Shown here one piece after another: positions 63,415 through 64,000 of a stretch of 64,000 bases of DNA. Within the stretch, counting starts at the first letter, position 1. Every line of letters starts with the position of its first letter. A program made the position numbers and the translations under genes. Under the pieces are notes generated by a model. It did no database searches, had not been told where the DNA came from, and worked only from the letters and a program-made list of their open reading frames with translations. The DNA lies in assembly GCA_017635565.1 (NCBI GenBank), contig JAGBLE010000009.1:4932-68931 (forward strand). The letters run 5' to 3'. This DNA comes from Bacilli bacterium. Its GTDB lineage: Bacteria > Bacillota_I > Bacilli_A > RFN20 > CAG-826.

Positions 63415-64000
63415 ATGAAGAAGATCAAAACATTAACTACATTCTTATCTGCTTTGCTTCTTGTTTCTTGTGCAAACAATACACAATCAAATCCTCAACA
63501 AGAAGGAGACGAAGACATTAGCGTTTCATCAATTACTTTAAATGAGTCTAATAAAACCATTAAAGTAAATGAAAAATTTCAATTAATCGCAACCGTATCT
63601 CCAACAAATGCTACAAATCAAAATATAACATGGTCTAGTAGTGATAATGATGTTGCTTATGTTTCTACTACCGGAGAAGTTACAGGAATTAGTGAAGGAA
63701 ACGCAACAGTAACTGCGACAAGCGCTAGCGATAAATCTATTACCGCAAGTTGTAAATTTACAGTTACTCAAAATAGTTCTGATAAACCAGAAGCAAAAGA
63801 TAGCGCTTTTTCAATTGTTTTTGCTAGTGCTAGCGAAGATTCAAATAGAGAAATAACTTCTTTAAGCGATAATATTGAAACTGGAAAAGAATATATTTCT
63901 AATTACGAAGCCACTAAAGTATATGCTTCTACAAATGGATTAAAGATTTCGAGTTCGAAAGTTAGTGGCTCATTAACAATTTATTTAAAAGAGAAATATG
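63415..64000 (+). CDS. Lipoprotein with Big_2 domain, 3'-truncated by window edge
   Basis: Not in the ORF track (no stop in window). AAAGGAG RBS. MKKIKTLTTFLSALLLVSC lipobox. Big_2 pattern KFQLIATVSPTNATNQNITWSSSDNDVAYVSTTGEVTGISEGNATVTA. Confidence 0.8.
   Translation, partial: MKKIKTLTTFLSALLLVSCANNTQSNPQQEGDEDISVSSITLNESNKTIKVNEKFQLIATVSPTNATNQNITWSSSDNDVAYVSTTGEVTGISEGNATVTATSASDKSITASCKFTVTQNSSDKPEAKDSAFSIVFASASEDSNREITSLSDNIETGKEYISNYEATKVYASTNGLKISSSKVSGSLTIYLKEKY

Overview
This 64 kb window is low-GC and mostly core genome. All calls rest on motif and synteny recognition from memory; no database search was run.

Lineage (inference): an Acholeplasma/Anaeroplasma/RF39-like, probably wall-less relative of the Firmicutes.
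- TGA is used as a stop codon (19271-19273 and 43931-43933), so the code is standard, not code 4.
- There are six lipobox lipoproteins.
- Two exoenzymes end in a plain C-terminal TM anchor with no LPXTG motif.

Content in order:
- The distal spc/alpha ribosomal cluster, rplE to rplQ, with no rpmD.
- An alpha/beta-hydrolase-GT4 fusion gene.
- A trimeric NuoE/NuoF/[FeFe]-hydrogenase operon (hydCBA).
- cysS, rlmB and a SigH-like sigma factor.
- ecfA1-ecfA2-ecfT-truA.
- An orphan 889-aa lipoprotein and yebC.
- rplM-rpsI and four tRNAs (Ile-GAU, Val-CAC, Thr-UGU, Leu-UAG).
- A REC/degenerate-GGDEF/EAL protein with a stand-alone Hpt protein.
- A flippase-like (UPF0104) membrane protein, recX, yhaM and a HIT protein.
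- Two tandem large lipoproteins, one of them PrsA/parvulin-like.
- sufCDSUB and mnmG-rsmG.
- An FMN riboswitch with a RibU-like ECF S-component.
- A 59-aa ferredoxin missing from the ORF track.
- An IspD/TarI-like cytidylyltransferase.
- An ~18.5 kb block of surface nutrient-acquisition genes: an S8 subtilase, a giant OppA-like lipoprotein, a Big_2 lipoprotein, oppBCDF with large insertions, an endonuclease-I family membrane nuclease, and another Big_2 lipoprotein.

Not found: rRNA genes, CRISPR arrays, transposases or integrases, or any recognisable defence system.

Most interesting items:
- The protease-Opp-nuclease island, with non-equivalent coiled-coil insertions in OppD and OppF.
- A TSCSP variant of the H-cluster TSCCP motif in HydA.
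- The nucleophile-less hydrolase fused to the GT4 glycosyltransferase.
- A Gly/Cys-TM-basic C-terminal signal on the subtilase.
- A set of probable leaderless genes.
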